Source: an uncultured Gemmatimonadales bacterium
Lineage (GTDB): Bacteria > Gemmatimonadota > Gemmatimonadetes > Gemmatimonadales > GWC2-71-9
Length of the DNA: 64,000 nucleotides
Assembly: GCA_963704015.1 (NCBI GenBank)
Contig: CAVPGI010000012.1
Span: 36,695-100,694 of the forward strand
Reading direction: 5' to 3'
A program made the translations under genes and the position numbers. The notes below the pieces were generated by a model that saw nothing but the letters and a program-made list of their open reading frames with translations, searched no databases and was not told the origin of the DNA. Below are positions 1 through 12,729 of the stretch, in pieces; the first letter of the stretch is position 1; each line of letters begins with the position of its first letter.

Positions 1-341
1 TGCAGGACTGCTTCCACTAGTTCACCAAAACCCGCTCCGATATCAAGCCATCTCAAGGGCTCCTGCGGGTGTCTCATTTGGTCGATTAGTGGAATGAGCT
101 TCGCTCGGTAGGCCGTCACCCTTTTCGCGGAGTAATATCCGACCACGTTGCGAACCCCAGCGCCAAACCTGTGGAGCCCGGTGCGGGCTGCTTCGTCGAT
201 TTCGTGTGCATCGGGACGGGGATTGAGGTAGACCAAGCCGCATTGGTCGCATTTGACCATGTGGAAACCCCCTTCTTCTCCCCAGGGCGAGGACTGCCGG
301 GAGTTACAGATGTAACAGCTGACGGTATCGAGTTTCACCAT
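1..341 (-). CDS. class I SAM-dependent methyltransferase, N-terminal part (gene runs off the left edge of the window)
   Basis: My own minus-strand translation from ATG 341..339 gives MVKLDTVSCYICNSRQSSPWGEEGGFHMVKCDQCGLVYLNPRPD (CxxC...CxxC zinc ribbon), then ...RWLDIGAGFGELVEAV (SAM-binding motif I). No stop occurs before position 1, so it is absent from the ORF track. G+C is visibly lower than in neighbouring genes. Confidence 0.6.
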   Translation of the reverse strand, partial: MVKLDTVSCYICNSRQSSPWGEEGGFHMVKCDQCGLVYLNPRPDAHEIDEAARTGLHRFGAGVRNVVGYYSAKRVTAYRAKLIPLIDQMRHPQEPLRWLDIGAGFGELVEAVL

Positions 342-736
342 GCCCCCTTTCACTCAAAGTCCGGTATGGGGGACTTCAATGGCTTGTTTGAAGGTGTTCG
401 CCGACTGTTGAAGCGTCCATCGGCCGATCGCCAGAAGAACGACGAGGAGGATGCGCCGGGCAAAGCCGGTCATGGATCCTGAGATCCTTGGCGAGATTCG
501 TCGCGCAGCCGTTGTGGGGGCGCCAGCCGATGAAGACCCTTTCGGGCATGCGGGACTGCGTCTGAGAGCGTGGAATGAGGCTGACGGCGGTGACACCTCC
601 TCGGGTGAGCCCCTCACCCCTTGGAGAATTCCCTGCTCTGGTGACGAGCGCTCGCCTGCGACGGTCTGATGCGTCGTGCATGATCAGCTCCGGGTTGAGC
701 AGGTAGGCACACAAAGTACGACGTGCTAACGATGAT

Positions 737-2389
737 TCAGGCTGCCGTCGGCGCCTGGGCTTGGCGCAAAGAGGGCGCTTCCGGAGACCGCCCGGCTGGG
801 CCGCGGGGGAGAAGCCCCGCAATGGCGCCCATCGTGCCGAAGACGATCAGATTTGTTGTCGGCTCGTGGGCGACCGCGAACTGCGCCTCAAGGAAATACA
901 CCCCGAAGAAGATGGCCACCCACAGCGCCCCTTCCCGACCCCATAGCTGCCGGGCGGCTGTCTTGGTCCTCCAGAAGATCACGACGAGGGCACCAAGATA
1001 GAGTACCAGCCCGATCGCTCCGAGCTCGACCACGATGCTGAGCGACGTGTTGTGAACCGCGTCATGGCCAATGTTCATACGCCCGCCCAGACATCCGACC
1101 TGTCCAGACTCCCCGCAGCCCACAGTCATCTCTTGGCGATAGTCCGCGACATTCTCTTGGAACGTGGCCAATCCCGAACCGAGGAGTGGCCGATCGCCCG
1201 CCATACTCAGCGCGACCTTCCAGAGGTTGAAACGGTAATACACCGTGCTGGCATCGTCGAGCCGCTGCCGGGCACTCGCATCTGGCAGTAACACCAACGC
1301 CAGCACACAGGCGGTGCTCGCGGCAACCACTCCGACTCGCTTCAGCTGAGCTCTCGCCTGGGTTGTCGACGGCTTCCACAGCAGAGCGAACGACGCGAGT
1401 CCGCATCCGAGCCACGCGGCGCGGGTATAGGAAAGGAAGACGCCGACGAGACAGAGCAGGCTAACCACCTCTCCAATCCATCGACTCCGCCGGCTGAACA
1501 AACGGGCGGACAGAATCGCAAGACAATAGACCAGGCTCAAGGCAAGACCGTTCCACGCCGGCTGCATCAAGAGCCCCCCGGAATGCCCCCCATTATTCGC
1601 CACGCCCAGCCCAAGGAGGATGGAGGACTGCGACGGGTCGACGATCCACGCCGGGACGATAAGATCATACCATCCGACCCACTCGGCGATCGAGACCAGC
1701 GCCATGTAGACACCGAGAACCAGCAGCGAGCGCAGCAGCGCGCGGAACTCCCGTTGACTGAAGCCGTACTGCGCGAGCAGCAGAAACATCACCATCGGGA
1801 GCCCGAGCATGGACATATAGATCGAGAACACACCTCTGGTGAGAAGTCCCATCAAGGCGGTGTGCAGCAGTCCGTACCCCAAAAAGCCGCCGATCACCAG
1901 CTTGGACGGGTCCCAGGGCCTTGAGGAGCGTGCCACTACCATCCGCGTCGTAAGCCCAGCAACCAATATCAAGAGGGCGTAGTAATCAGGGCGAGCAAGG
2001 AGAGCGCCCGATCCACCGAAGTACACTACTCCGAACACCGCAACCGCAGCGACATAGACTCCAAATGCCGCACCGGCATTGAGAAGAGTCAACCAAGCGA
2101 AAGAGACGAGCCATACCAACTTCACGGCGTCACCGATCAGGCCAATCTCTTGGGTCGTGGAGACCAGCAGAAGTGCCATCGAGATGTACATGAGGCACTC
2201 GTCCCAAGGGATCCCGACGCTCAGACGGTCCGTCGCATTCGAAGTCGTGTGCGCAGAACCCGCCTGAAGCCCGCCACCCTGGAGGGCTCCTTCTGGCATG
2301 TAGGTGGGAGGAGAAGTCACGTCCACGTACCCTAGGTCCACAGCGCCGAAAGGTCGTTGCGCGTGTGGGAGCTGACCCACCCTGGACAT
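737..2389 (-). CDS. O-antigen ligase / Wzy-like polysaccharide polymerase family membrane protein
   Basis: Intact 550-aa ORF with about 10-12 hydrophobic segments. It has a Wzy_C-like stretch (SYTRAAWLGCGLASFALL) and a large loop before the last TM helices. It sits in a polysaccharide export locus. Confidence 0.75.
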   Translation of the reverse strand: MSRVGQLPHAQRPFGAVDLGYVDVTSPPTYMPEGALQGGGLQAGSAHTTSNATDRLSVGIPWDECLMYISMALLLVSTTQEIGLIGDAVKLVWLVSFAWLTLLNAGAAFGVYVAAVAVFGVVYFGGSGALLARPDYYALLILVAGLTTRMVVARSSRPWDPSKLVIGGFLGYGLLHTALMGLLTRGVFSIYMSMLGLPMVMFLLLAQYGFSQREFRALLRSLLVLGVYMALVSIAEWVGWYDLIVPAWIVDPSQSSILLGLGVANNGGHSGGLLMQPAWNGLALSLVYCLAILSARLFSRRSRWIGEVVSLLCLVGVFLSYTRAAWLGCGLASFALLWKPSTTQARAQLKRVGVVAASTACVLALVLLPDASARQRLDDASTVYYRFNLWKVALSMAGDRPLLGSGLATFQENVADYRQEMTVGCGESGQVGCLGGRMNIGHDAVHNTSLSIVVELGAIGLVLYLGALVVIFWRTKTAARQLWGREGALWVAIFFGVYFLEAQFAVAHEPTTNLIVFGTMGAIAGLLPRGPAGRSPEAPSLRQAQAPTAA

Positions 2390-2408
2390 CCCTCGGCCGG
2401 AAGCCGGC

Positions 2409-3839
2409 TCATGCCGCTCCCCTGCCGCGAAGGACCGCCGGGACGGTCTGAAGCAGGATCTCCAGGTCGAGCCACAACGACCACCGATCGATGTACTCTA
2501 GATCAAGCGCGATCCACCGGTCGAAGCCGAGGTCGCTCCGCCCGCTGATCTGCCACAGGCAGGTGAGCCCCGGCCGCATGCTGAACCGCCGCATCAGCCA
2601 GGGCTCCTCGAAGTGCCCGACGTCCCGGACCGGCAGCGGGCGCGGCCCCACCAGCGACATCTCCCCGGTGAGCACGTGCCAGAGCTGCGGCAGCTCGTCC
2701 AGCGAACTCCGCCGGAGGAACCGCCCCACCGGCGTGATCCGCGGGTCGTTCCGGATCTTGAACACCGGACCGGAGGCCTCGTTCTGCACCTCGAGCTCGA
2801 TCTGCAGCGCTTCCGCATTCTCCACCATCGTCCGGAACTTGAGCATCCGGAACCGCCGCTTCATGTAGCCGTAGCGCTCCTGTGCGAAGAACACCGGACC
2901 CCGGCTGCGTGAGCTTCACCGCAATGGCGGTCAGCCAAAAAGAGCGGGGCGAGGAGTACCAGCAGCACCGCGGCGCCCACCACGTCCATCGCCCGCTTGA
3001 AGACCAGGCGGTAGTCGCTCGGCGCCACATCCAGCGCCAGCACCGGCCGGTCCCCTCCCTGCTCCACCCGTGGAGCGGCGAGCCGGGTCCGGAAGAGGTC
3101 GGTTGGCAACCTGGCCGGCACCCCGACCCGCTCGCAGGCGATGATGGCCTGCTGGATCTGCTCGTAGCGGGACTTGATCGGCAGCCCGATGAACACCTCG
3201 TCCACCACGTGGTGCATCAGGATCTGCTCCAGCGAGCCAGCACCCCCAGGTGCGGCAGCCCCAGGGCGTCGAGGGCCCGATGCGGCTCGGTATCCACGAA
3301 GCCCATCACCTCGCTCGCTGCCAGAGGATCCAGCCGCAACCGCCTCAGCACCCGCGCGGCGATCGGCCCGCTTCCCACCAGCACGACCTGCCGCGGCCCT
3401 GTACGCCGTCCCACCCGGCTCGCCGCGCGGGCCACCGTCCGGATCCGCAGCCGCGACCGGCGCGAGCAACGCCCCGAAGATCAGCACGTGCATCGGCCGG
3501 ACCGAGTGGCTCTCGGCTGGTGAGCGGAAAGATCATCGCCAGCCCGCAGGCGATGATGCTCGCCACGATGAGCCGGGGCCATTCCCCCCGCCCTTCCCGG
3601 AGCCGGGCCGGCGCGTAGCAGCCGCAGGCCCAGAGCACCGCCGGCCAGGCCAGGCCGAATGCCGTCATCAGCAGGACGTTCTTGATCGACAGCCGGAGAG
3701 TCAGGAACTCCTCCACCCCGTGCGGCATGCGGTCCAGGTTCGCGACAACCGCCACGGCCGCCAGGAGCCCGAGCGCCAGCAGAGCATCGGCGACCTGCCA
3801 CGCCATGGCGGGCGGAGCGAGCTCCACCGGCCGCGGCAT
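2409..3839 (-). pseudogene. WbaP/EpsB-like polyprenyl-phosphate glycosyl-1-phosphate (priming) transferase, frame-disrupted (at least 4 shifts)
   Basis: Minus-strand fragments: 3345..3839 (TM-rich N-terminus), 3217..3435 (RQVVLVGSGPIAARV), 2861..3493 (VFIGLPIKSRYEQIQ...VFKRAMDVVGAAVLLVLLAPLFL), 2503..3030 (AIAVKLTQPGSG) and 2409..2894 (PVFKIRNDPRITPVGRFLRRSSLDELPQLWHVLTGEMSLVGPRP, the bacterial sugar transferase signature). Confidence 0.8.
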
Positions 3840-3899
3840 GGGCGCCGCGCCCAGACGGCGCGCCCATCGGTGGCCAGAGCGGCTCGTTCGCTGACCGCC

Positions 3900-6397
3900 T
3901 CAGTCATGGCGGCCGAGTCCTCCGCCGGGGCACTGGCCTGGTACTTCTCCGACCTCGGCCAGGTAGCGGTAGGCCTCGTCGTCGGAGACGTTGTGCCGAA
4001 GATCGATGTCGTTGAGCAGGGTCCCGATCACCGGCGCCCGCGCGGCGGTGAGCTGATCCATGGCGTAGCGGAGCGCGTCGCTCTGGGTGCGCCCTGCCCG
4101 GACCACCAGCAGCACCGCGTCGGCGGCGGCGCCCAGGAGCGCGGCGTCGGCCAGCACGTTCACCGGCGGGGTGTCGATCACCACCAGGTCGAACCGCGGG
4201 GCGAGCGCCCGGAGCGACCTCCGCACCCGACTCACCGCCAGCACCCGGCAGGCCGGCTTGAGCAGTGCCCGAGGGCAGGATCAGCAGCACCCCAGCCTCT
4301 CCGATGGCCAGGCTGCCGCGTGCGCCGTCCTCGAAGCGGGCCTTCCCCGCCAGCAGCTCGCTGAAGCCGGGCTCCCGGGCGCAGCCGAACACCTGGTTGA
4401 CCAGGCCGCAGCGGAGGTCGGCGTCGATCAGCAGGACCTGCTGGCCCCGGGCGGCGACCGTCAAGCGCGAAGTTGATCGCCGAGAGCGTCTTCCCCTCGC
4501 CCGGGAGCGGGCTGGTGAAGACCAGCACCTTGAGCGGCCGGTCCTGGTAGGCCAGCGCGAGGTTGGCGTGCAGCTGGTTGAACGACTCGGTGAACACGCC
4601 CGGCATGTCCGGCTGGGTGACCAGCAGTCCGGCGATCTTGGTGGCCGCCCGTCCCCGAGGGGTGTTGCCGCGTGCGATCTGCCCCTTGGGCTGGCCCGTG
4701 ATCGCGCCGAGGCCGGGGTGGTCCCGCTGGGCGCCGGGGCGCACCAACCACCGGGCCCGGCGCGGTGTGGCCCTTGGAATGGCTCCCAGCACGGGGAGCC
4801 CACCGGCGGAAAGCGCATCGGCGCGGGACCGTACCGCTCGGTCGCTCAACTCCTTGCCCAGCGCCAGAGTCACGCCGAGGAGCGAACCGAGCACCAGGGA
4901 GAGCGCCAGGTACCGCACCGGCCGCGGTCGTTCCGGGCGCTCCGGCACCACAGCCGGATCCACGATCCGCACGGTCGGGTCCTCCATGGCTTCGGTGATC
5001 TCGGATTCCTTGAGCCGGGTCTGCAGCAGGGTGTACATGTCCTGGAGCACGCGCACCTCCCGCTCCCGCCGGGCGGTCTGCACCTCCTTGTCCGGCAGCC
5101 GGTTGAGCTCGCTCCCGAAGCTCCCTGCCACCGAGTCGAGCGCGGCGACCTGGTTGGTGAGCCCGTCGAGATAGGTCTGGGCGATCCCCTGAAGCTGACC
5201 GTTGATCTCCCGGATCCGCGCGGTGAGCATCTGGACGTCGGGATCCTGGGAGGTCCGGCGGAGCAGCAGCGCCGCACGCTCGTTTTCGATCTGCACCAGG
5301 GAGCCGAGGAGCTGGGCAGCCACCTGGTTGCGCAGCAGGGTGGGAAACGCGATGAGGCGGCCAGCCTGGGCCGACGAGTCAGGATCGCCCGCCGCGCTGC
5401 AGCTCTGTCCAGCAACCGGGCCAGCGCCCACCGCTCCGCCTCCAGCGCGCCGCGGTCGGCCTGCAGCTGGGCCAGCCGTCCCACTTGGGTGCGGGCCTGT
5501 TCCTGCGGGTCGACTGCCACTGGCGCGCTCTCGGTAGGCGCTGAGGTTATCCTCGGCGGTCCGCAACTGGGTGTCGAGCGAATCCAGCTGCTGGCGGAGA
5601 TACCGGACGGTGCTGCCGGTGCGCACCCGTTGCACTTCCCTGTGCGCGACGATCACCCCCTCGGCGAGCAGATTCGCCACTGCCGCGGCCAGGACCGGAT
5701 CACTGGCCCGGAAGCGGACCGTGATGAGGTCGGCGTCCCGCGCGGGGCGGGTCACCTTGAGGGCGGCTCCGAGGCCGCGGGCCGCGTCCTCCCGCGAGAC
5801 GACCCGCAGCTCGATCGGCCCCGCCGCCAGCGCGGCCCGGGCAGGGACGAGGGTGACCCCCCCCAGATGCAGCGTTTCCCCGAGGGAGACCCGAACCGAC
5901 GAGGCGGCCGAATCGGGTCGCCGGACGGTGAAGCCGCTGTCGCGGTCCCCCTGCACCAGGAGCGTGGCGCTGTCCGCCGCCGGATCCACCCGCACCGCCG
6001 TGAACAGCTCCGAGAGGCGGGCGCGGCGGGGGGAGCGCACCTGCAGCCGGAGGCCGAGGGAGTCGATCACCACGTCGGCTGCGCGGCGGCCCTGGAGGAC
6101 CTCGATCTCGGTGCTGATCCGGTCCTCGGTGGTGAACTCCTGCAGCAGCTGGGGCAGGTTGACCCGCTGCGGATCGAACCGCAGGACGGCGGTCGCCTGG
6201 TAGACCGGCGTGACCAGCAGGGTGTAGGCGCCGACCAGGAGCACGGTGAGCAGCACACAGCCAAGGAGCAACAGGCGCCGGCGGCGCAGCATGGCCCCGA
6301 CCCCGGCCAGGGTGAGGTCCGGCTCGGGCGCCGGGTATCTACCGGGCAGCACTTGCTGGGGTTCGCGCTCCATCGGCAGCATCGGGGACATGGGCAC
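3900..6397 (-). pseudogene. Wzc-like polysaccharide co-polymerase / BY-type tyrosine kinase, frame-disrupted
   Basis: ORF 4232..6397 carries a Wzz-type N-terminus (TM, long coiled region, second TM) and Walker A (SPLPGEGKT). Frame 3904..4818 carries LLIDADLR (Walker A'). ORF 3900..4244 carries DLVVIDTPP (Walker B). An out-of-frame patch at about 5400-5530 is bridged by the frame of 4870..5520. Confidence 0.8.
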
Positions 6398-6400
6398 CGG

Positions 6401-7105
6401 TCAGTGGTAGATCACAGCGGTGGCGACTATAGCGATACTGGTAATGACGGCCACCACCAGGGCGGCCGAGTTCCGGGCCATCCAGCTCCGCTCGGGCACA
6501 ATCAGCTGATCCCCGGAGTGGACCGGAACATCTGCCACCCGGGTTTCCACCCGGAGGTGGATGGGCTCGCGCTCGCCCTGGCGCAGGAGATCGACCCGAT
6601 CCTTCTGGCCGTTGGGCGTCGGCCCGCCGGCCATCGCCAGCACATCGACGAGGGTCATGGTCGGGTCAACCTGGTACAGTCCCGGGGTGCGCACCGCGCC
6701 CAGGACGTTGACCCGCCGGAGCAGGGTCACCTCCACCGAGGGGTTCCGGAGGTAGGAGGCGTAGGTGGTGATCAGCAGCGACTTGAGGGAGTCGGCCGAG
6801 ATCCGGGTGACCGTGAGCGGCCCGATCTTGGGGAACACGACCTGGCCCGACTCATCCACGGCGTAGTCGCCCGACAGGTCCGGTTCCCGCCAGATCTTCA
6901 GTCGGACCATGTCGCCGGGCTGGAGCAGCGGGGCGGGCGCCGCGGCGGCCGGCTGCTGCTGCGCGCGCAGGGTGACCACGAGGACGGTCGGGAGCAGCAG
7001 GGTGACCACCACGACGATCGGGAGCAGGGCCGGACGGCGGGGAAGGAAACGGTCGCGTACGGGAGGGGCGCGCGATGGCGTGATCGGCATCAGGGTCTCA
7101 GCCAC
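6401..7105 (-). CDS. Wza-like polysaccharide export protein (Poly_export + SLBB)
   Basis: Intact 234-aa ORF with an N-terminal TM/signal segment. It then reads LQPGDMVRLKIWREPDLSGDYAVDESGQVVFPKIGPLTV...VNVLGAVRTPGLYQ...VDVLAMAGG, typical of the Wza/GumB family. It is the first gene of the export module. Confidence 0.85.
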   Translation of the reverse strand: MAETLMPITPSRAPPVRDRFLPRRPALLPIVVVVTLLLPTVLVVTLRAQQQPAAAAPAPLLQPGDMVRLKIWREPDLSGDYAVDESGQVVFPKIGPLTVTRISADSLKSLLITTYASYLRNPSVEVTLLRRVNVLGAVRTPGLYQVDPTMTLVDVLAMAGGPTPNGQKDRVDLLRQGEREPIHLRVETRVADVPVHSGDQLIVPERSWMARNSAALVVAVITSIAIVATAVIYH

Positions 7106-7458
7106 GTCCGAACTCCCACACTCACCGATGAGACAGGTCCTGGGCCTCAGGACTCTGTCGTCACGGGTGGAGAGCGCACTGTATCTCCCGACGGGGGGCG
7201 GCGCGGAGACCCCCGTCGGCTCGGCTCCCAGCTCCTAGAGACGAATAAACGCCGCAAGCGCCAGGGCCTGCGCAGGCGGTGCGTCGCTCGGATGTCAAGT
7301 GCCCGAATCAGCCCGACTTTGTCCCGCAGGGCCGAGGCGGTTGATCCCCTTCGATAATGGCGACGAGACCACACTCTGCGGGTCCGCTGACCACAAGTTG
7401 CGCGGCGATTCCCGCCCCCACAAGGGGCGTAAATAGCCCGGCAAACAGAACAACCATT

Positions 7459-7479
7459 ATGTAACCGCCATGTAACCGC
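7459..7479. repeat. tandem direct repeat ATGTAACCGC x2 with 11-bp register in the leader of the export operon
   Basis: Read directly from the sequence: ATGTAACCGC c ATGTAACCGC at 7459-7468 and 7470-7479. It lies inside a roughly 640-bp non-coding stretch upstream of the Wza-like gene. Confidence 0.6.
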
Positions 7480-7743
7480 GATGCGGCGCAGCGACTCGCC
7501 TCGAATAAAGGAATCCACATACCAGAGGGAAGCCCTGGCGCTGGCCGGAGTCGATCAGGATGAGGATGTGGGAACGATCCAGCCTCGCGGTGAGGTGGAC
7601 CTCGGCGGCTTATCCAACTTGGGGAGTGACACCAGGATACGCCAGCCGACGACTCAGCGAGAGTGGCAGGAACGCCGTAGATCCAGCCTTGATTCCCCGT
7701 GGCCGCCGAACGCCAGCGCATGAGCGGCAGGAACCGGCTTCGG

Positions 7744-8460
7744 CTAGAGGGAATCCCCGCTCGGCGAGCCGCCCCGGTTTCTCGCCAGCCCCTGGCCGAC
7801 TGCCATCAGCCCCACCCCGAACAGGATCGCTCCGGCCATCGTCACTGTGCTCTCTCTTGCCCCCGGGCCCCGAAAGCCCAGGCCCAGCCAGAAGAGCGGA
7901 GCCCCGACGGCCAGCAGCGGGCCGGCCCAGCGAGGCACGGCGGGCACGTTTCTCATCGCGAGGCCGAGCAGGATGAAGCCCAGGGAAAAGGTGGCGACGG
8001 CCAGGTAGTAGGTGGCATGGAAGGCCGCGAGCCCCGGTTCCTCGACCGTGCGATTGATCAGCTCGATCAAGGGTGGCACGTTCGCGGCCAGCGTGGGGAC
8101 GATGAAGGTGTCGTAGGTCGCGATGGTGATTGAAAGGGCGGTGCCGGTGAAGGCGAGGAGGAAACCCGTCAGAGCGATGGGGGACGGGGCGGTCGAGGCG
8201 GACAAGTCGGACAAGACGGACAGGGCGGACAGGTCCGACGAGGCGGTCGCGACGCTCGGGGGCCGGTTCGCGGCTATGAACAGCGTCGGTAACGCGAAAA
8301 GAATCAGAACGTAGGACACGAGCCAGGCCAGGTGGACCGGGACCCAGGCCGGCTCGAGGGCACCAGCGGTGGTATTGGGAGGATGGAGCAGCGGAACCAG
8401 CGCGAACAGCAGGCCGGCCAATCCGGCGAGAATCGCGGCCAGCCGGTGCAGGACCGCCAT
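7744..8460 (-). CDS. hypothetical polytopic membrane protein with an internal Ser/Leu/Asp-rich repeat linker
   Basis: Intact 238-aa ORF with about 6 hydrophobic helices. I recognised no family motif. It contains the 9-bp tandem repeat at 8192-8254. Confidence 0.5.
   Translation of the reverse strand: MAVLHRLAAILAGLAGLLFALVPLLHPPNTTAGALEPAWVPVHLAWLVSYVLILFALPTLFIAANRPPSVATASSDLSALSVLSDLSASTAPSPIALTGFLLAFTGTALSITIATYDTFIVPTLAANVPPLIELINRTVEEPGLAAFHATYYLAVATFSLGFILLGLAMRNVPAVPRWAGPLLAVGAPLFWLGLGFRGPGARESTVTMAGAILFGVGLMAVGQGLARNRGGSPSGDSL
8192..8254. repeat. imperfect 9-bp tandem repeat (GACRRGNCG-like, about 7 units), in frame within the membrane protein gene
   Basis: Plus strand reads gtcgaggcg gacaagtcg gacaagacg gacagggcg gacaggtcc gacgaggcg gtcgcgacg. 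On the minus strand this encodes ...VATASSDLSALSVLSDLSASTA... Confidence 0.7.
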
Positions 8461-8465
8461 GCGTG

Positions 8466-8981
8466 CTAGGAGCAGTCTCGCACGACGTGGTGGACCCGGA
8501 ACTCTACCGGCCCGTCGCGCCGCGGCAGCCGCACCAGATCCACCGGCTGGGTCACACTCTGTGTAGTGATGCAGCCACGGCCGGGAGTTACCTCCAGCAC
8601 TCCGACCTCGACGGTGCCTTGGTCTTCGGTCGCGGCCTCGATCAGGACGGTGTAGCCGCCGGTCGAACGGGTGCCCATGGCCGCAACGGCCACCATCTCG
8701 GAGGCGAAATCAACCGCCGGGGTCGGGGGAACCGGGGAGACCCCTTGCTTGATCTGCTTCCACACCTGATCCCAGGCCACCGAGTCCCGGACGATCGACT
8801 GGCTCTCGGTGGCGAGTCCGCTCACGTAGCTGAACGAGCGGCCGGCGGCTCCGAACCGCTCGATGGGAAGCGCGCTACCGCTCAGGAAATCCACCGGCAG
8901 GCCGGGAAGACCTTGGGGGTCGCCGCTGCATCCCGAGGCGGTCGCCAGCACCAGCAGCGCTACCGAGAACCGCTTCACCAC
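8466..8981 (-). CDS. lipoprotein, possibly PrcB-like (protease complex subunit C-terminal domain)
   Basis: Intact 171-aa ORF. It has a signal peptide plus lipobox (LVLATASGC). The C-terminal half (GYTVLIEAATEDQGTVEVGVLEVTPGRGCITTQSVTQPVDLVRLP) resembles PrcB_C-type domains. The family assignment is from memory only. Confidence 0.5.
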   Translation of the reverse strand: MVKRFSVALLVLATASGCSGDPQGLPGLPVDFLSGSALPIERFGAAGRSFSYVSGLATESQSIVRDSVAWDQVWKQIKQGVSPVPPTPAVDFASEMVAVAAMGTRSTGGYTVLIEAATEDQGTVEVGVLEVTPGRGCITTQSVTQPVDLVRLPRRDGPVEFRVHHVVRDCS

Positions 8982-8992
8982 AGCGCCTCCGC

Positions 8993-9457
8993 CTATCGCT
9001 TAGCGCGGAAGAAGTGCTTGAGCAGCTCCCCGCATTCCTCGTCCAGCACCCCGCCCACGACCTCGGGCCGATGATTGAGCCGCGGGTGGCGCAGCAGGTC
9101 GTCGACCGAGCCCGCCATGCCGGCCCGGTGGTCCCAGGCGCCGAACACCACGCGACCGACCTTGGCCAGGACGATGGCGCCGGCGCACTGGGCGCAGGGC
9201 TCCAGCGTGACGTAGAGCGTCGCATCGGGCAGGCGGTCCTCGCCCGCTGCGGTGCAGCGCCCGGTGGAGGGCGAGGAGCTCGGCGTGCGCCGTGGGGTCC
9301 TGCGGCGCACCGTCTCGTTGTGGGCCTCGCCCAGCACCTCCCCGTCCTGCGATGACCACGGCGCCGACCGGCACTTCCTCGCGCACCGCCGCGGCGCCGC
9401 GCCAGGCGGAGCGCGGCTTGCATCCCTGCCACGTCGCTCCGGCGGAGGCGGCCGCCT

Positions 9458-9465
<8 letters not shown>
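8993..9465 (-). pseudogene. tadA: tRNA adenosine(34) deaminase TadA, frame-disrupted
   Basis: The CDA motifs are split over frames. EVPVGAVV and DPTAHAELLAL (HAE) are in 9000..9386. TLYVTLEPCAQCAGAIVLAKVGRVVFGAWD (PCxxC) is in 8993..9337. The N-terminus is in 8875..9465. Confidence 0.8.
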
Positions 9466-12119
<2,654 letters not shown>

Positions 12120-12299
12120 GGTTCTTCGCTGGGTCAGCGGAACTCGGCTTGCCGTAGCGCGAGGGCCAGAGCGGCAATGATCGCGTACCGGCAATTCCTG
12201 CCGAAACTGAGCAGGGCCGACCCAAATGCATACCGCACGGCCAGCGCGACGCGGACCGGCGGTGCTCTGTGTGGCGGAGCATCTTACGGCGCTGAGCGA

Positions 12300-12729
12300 T
12301 CATCTTCCGGGTGTACACGCTGCGCCTTCGACCGTCAACTGATAGTAGTACACGCCCGGCGGCAACCGCGCGCTTCCGATCCTGGTACCGCCCATCCCAG
12401 AACGCCTGGTATTCGCCGCAGCGGATCCGGATGTTGTCGAGGCGCCTACCCTCTTTGCCCTTCTCGCTCATCAGGACCGGGATCGCGACCACCTGCACCA
12501 GCACATTGTAGATCTTCAGACTGACCAGCGGCTGTTGACCCCTTTCACACAGAGAAGGATGAACGTAGAACGGAATCGTCGTCGCCGGGAAGAACGGATT
12601 GGGGTAGTTCTCCCGCAGCTCGACGAGCGGTGGTGCGACGGGCGTCTGCTGCGCCTCGAACGCCACCACGGGTGCGGAGATCCCCAACAGGAGCCCGAGA
12701 TACCACCCTGGCCGATGGAGCCTGACCAT
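12300..12729 (-). pseudogene. small secreted protein consisting only of a FlgD-Ig/T9SS-sorting-domain-like module (LxxNYPNPF), apparently frame-disrupted near the 3' end
   Basis: ATG at 12729: MVRLHRPGWYLGLLLGISAPVVAFEAQ (signal peptide), then LRENYPNPFFPATTIPFYV...LKIYNVLVQVVA...GEYQAFWDGR. The expected GVYYYQLTVEG strand lies in another frame and stops at 12300. The 3' end is uncertain. Confidence 0.5.

Noticed and set aside
354-617. Small ORFs in the spacer between the methyltransferase and the Wzy-like gene (for example MTGFARRILLVVLLAIGRW...)
   Set aside because: They are short, overlap one another in several frames, and have no supporting motif or ribosome-binding signal. They are not reportable as genes.
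4265-7357. 1030-aa plus-strand ORF, the longest in the track
   Set aside because: It is antisense to the Wzc-like and Wza-like genes. Its composition is Arg/Gly/Pro/His-rich with no recognisable motif. This is a typical shadow ORF of high-G+C DNA.
7106-7743. Housekeeping ncRNA (RNase P RNA, tmRNA, SRP RNA, 6S) hidden in the 640-bp gap. The substring GCCCGGCAAACAGAAC raised the suspicion
   Set aside because: The conserved blocks of those RNAs (for example GAGGAAAGUCCGGGC, the tmRNA tag region with its 3' tRNA-like end, the SRP GGAA tetraloop context) are absent on both strands.
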